From a virus (taxonomy: Duplodnaviria; Caudoviricetes), in IMG/VR virus record IMGVR_UViG_2563366756_000009, positions 1 through 64,000 of that record: a stretch of 64,000 nt of DNA; one strand, 5' to 3'. The notes beneath the pieces were generated by a model. The model worked only from the letters and a program-made list of their open reading frames with translations. It searched no databases and was not told the DNA's origin. Of this stretch, positions 63,837 to 64,000 are shown piece after piece (position 1 is the stretch's first letter; the number at the start of each line of letters is the position of its first letter). Position numbers and translations under genes: made by a program.

Positions 63837-64000
63837 TTAAGCGTGTTCCATCTCGCGCTGTGCCGCGAGTGCCAGAAACGCCGAGCGCGACATATGGCGC
63901 TTCTCGGCCACCGCATCGATCTGGTGAACTAGCCTCTCTGGCAGGCTGATGTTCAGCCGAATAGCCTTGCTGCTGACCTTCGACAGATCGATGTCAACGA
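63837..64000 (-). CDS. hicB: HicB-family antitoxin, C-terminal RHH (partial, runs off window)
   Basis: Hand translation VDIDLSKVSSKAIRLNISLPERLVHQIDAVAEKRHMSRSAFLALAA. Confidence 0.8.
   Translation of the reverse strand, partial: VDIDLSKVSSKAIRLNISLPERLVHQIDAVAEKRHMSRSAFLALAAQREMEHA

Larger units (their letters stand above)
39125..64000. mobile_element. Lambdoid prophage integrated at tRNA-Lys (left part; runs off window)
   Basis: att, int/xis, leftward early operon, cI/cro/cII, replication genes, Q-like gene and PR'. Confidence 0.92.

Overview
GC-rich, Burkholderiales-like chromosomal window (host assignment is inference) that is almost entirely prophage. 1-2496 is a host P-type cation ATPase. 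2546-38786 is a complete 36,241-bp Mu-like transposable prophage. Its exact ends are visible (TGT...ACA, imperfect terminal inverted repeats, 5-bp target duplication GTTGA), and it sits between the ATPase and a likely FNR-box promoter. It carries a contractile-tail gene set, a catalytically degenerate lambda-R-like lysozyme, a separate intact lysis cassette and, just inside its right end, three tRNAs for rare A-ending codons (Arg-UCU, Ile2-CAU, Leu-UAA). 39125 to the window end is the left part of a second, lambdoid prophage integrated in tRNA-Lys(UUU), covering int/xis, the early-left operon, cI/cro/cII, replication genes and a Q-like gene. The most unusual signal is in that early-left operon (about 42.6-49.3 kb). 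Six antisense cargo genes (two 2-TM proteins, two small proteins, a stand-alone TonB C-terminal domain and a HEPN-motif protein) are each bounded by conserved junction motifs. These motifs join into a roughly 42-bp CTAG-bounded imperfect hairpin, giving an integron-like cassette array with no recognisable integron integrase. All product calls come from motif and synteny recognition by eye; no database search was run.
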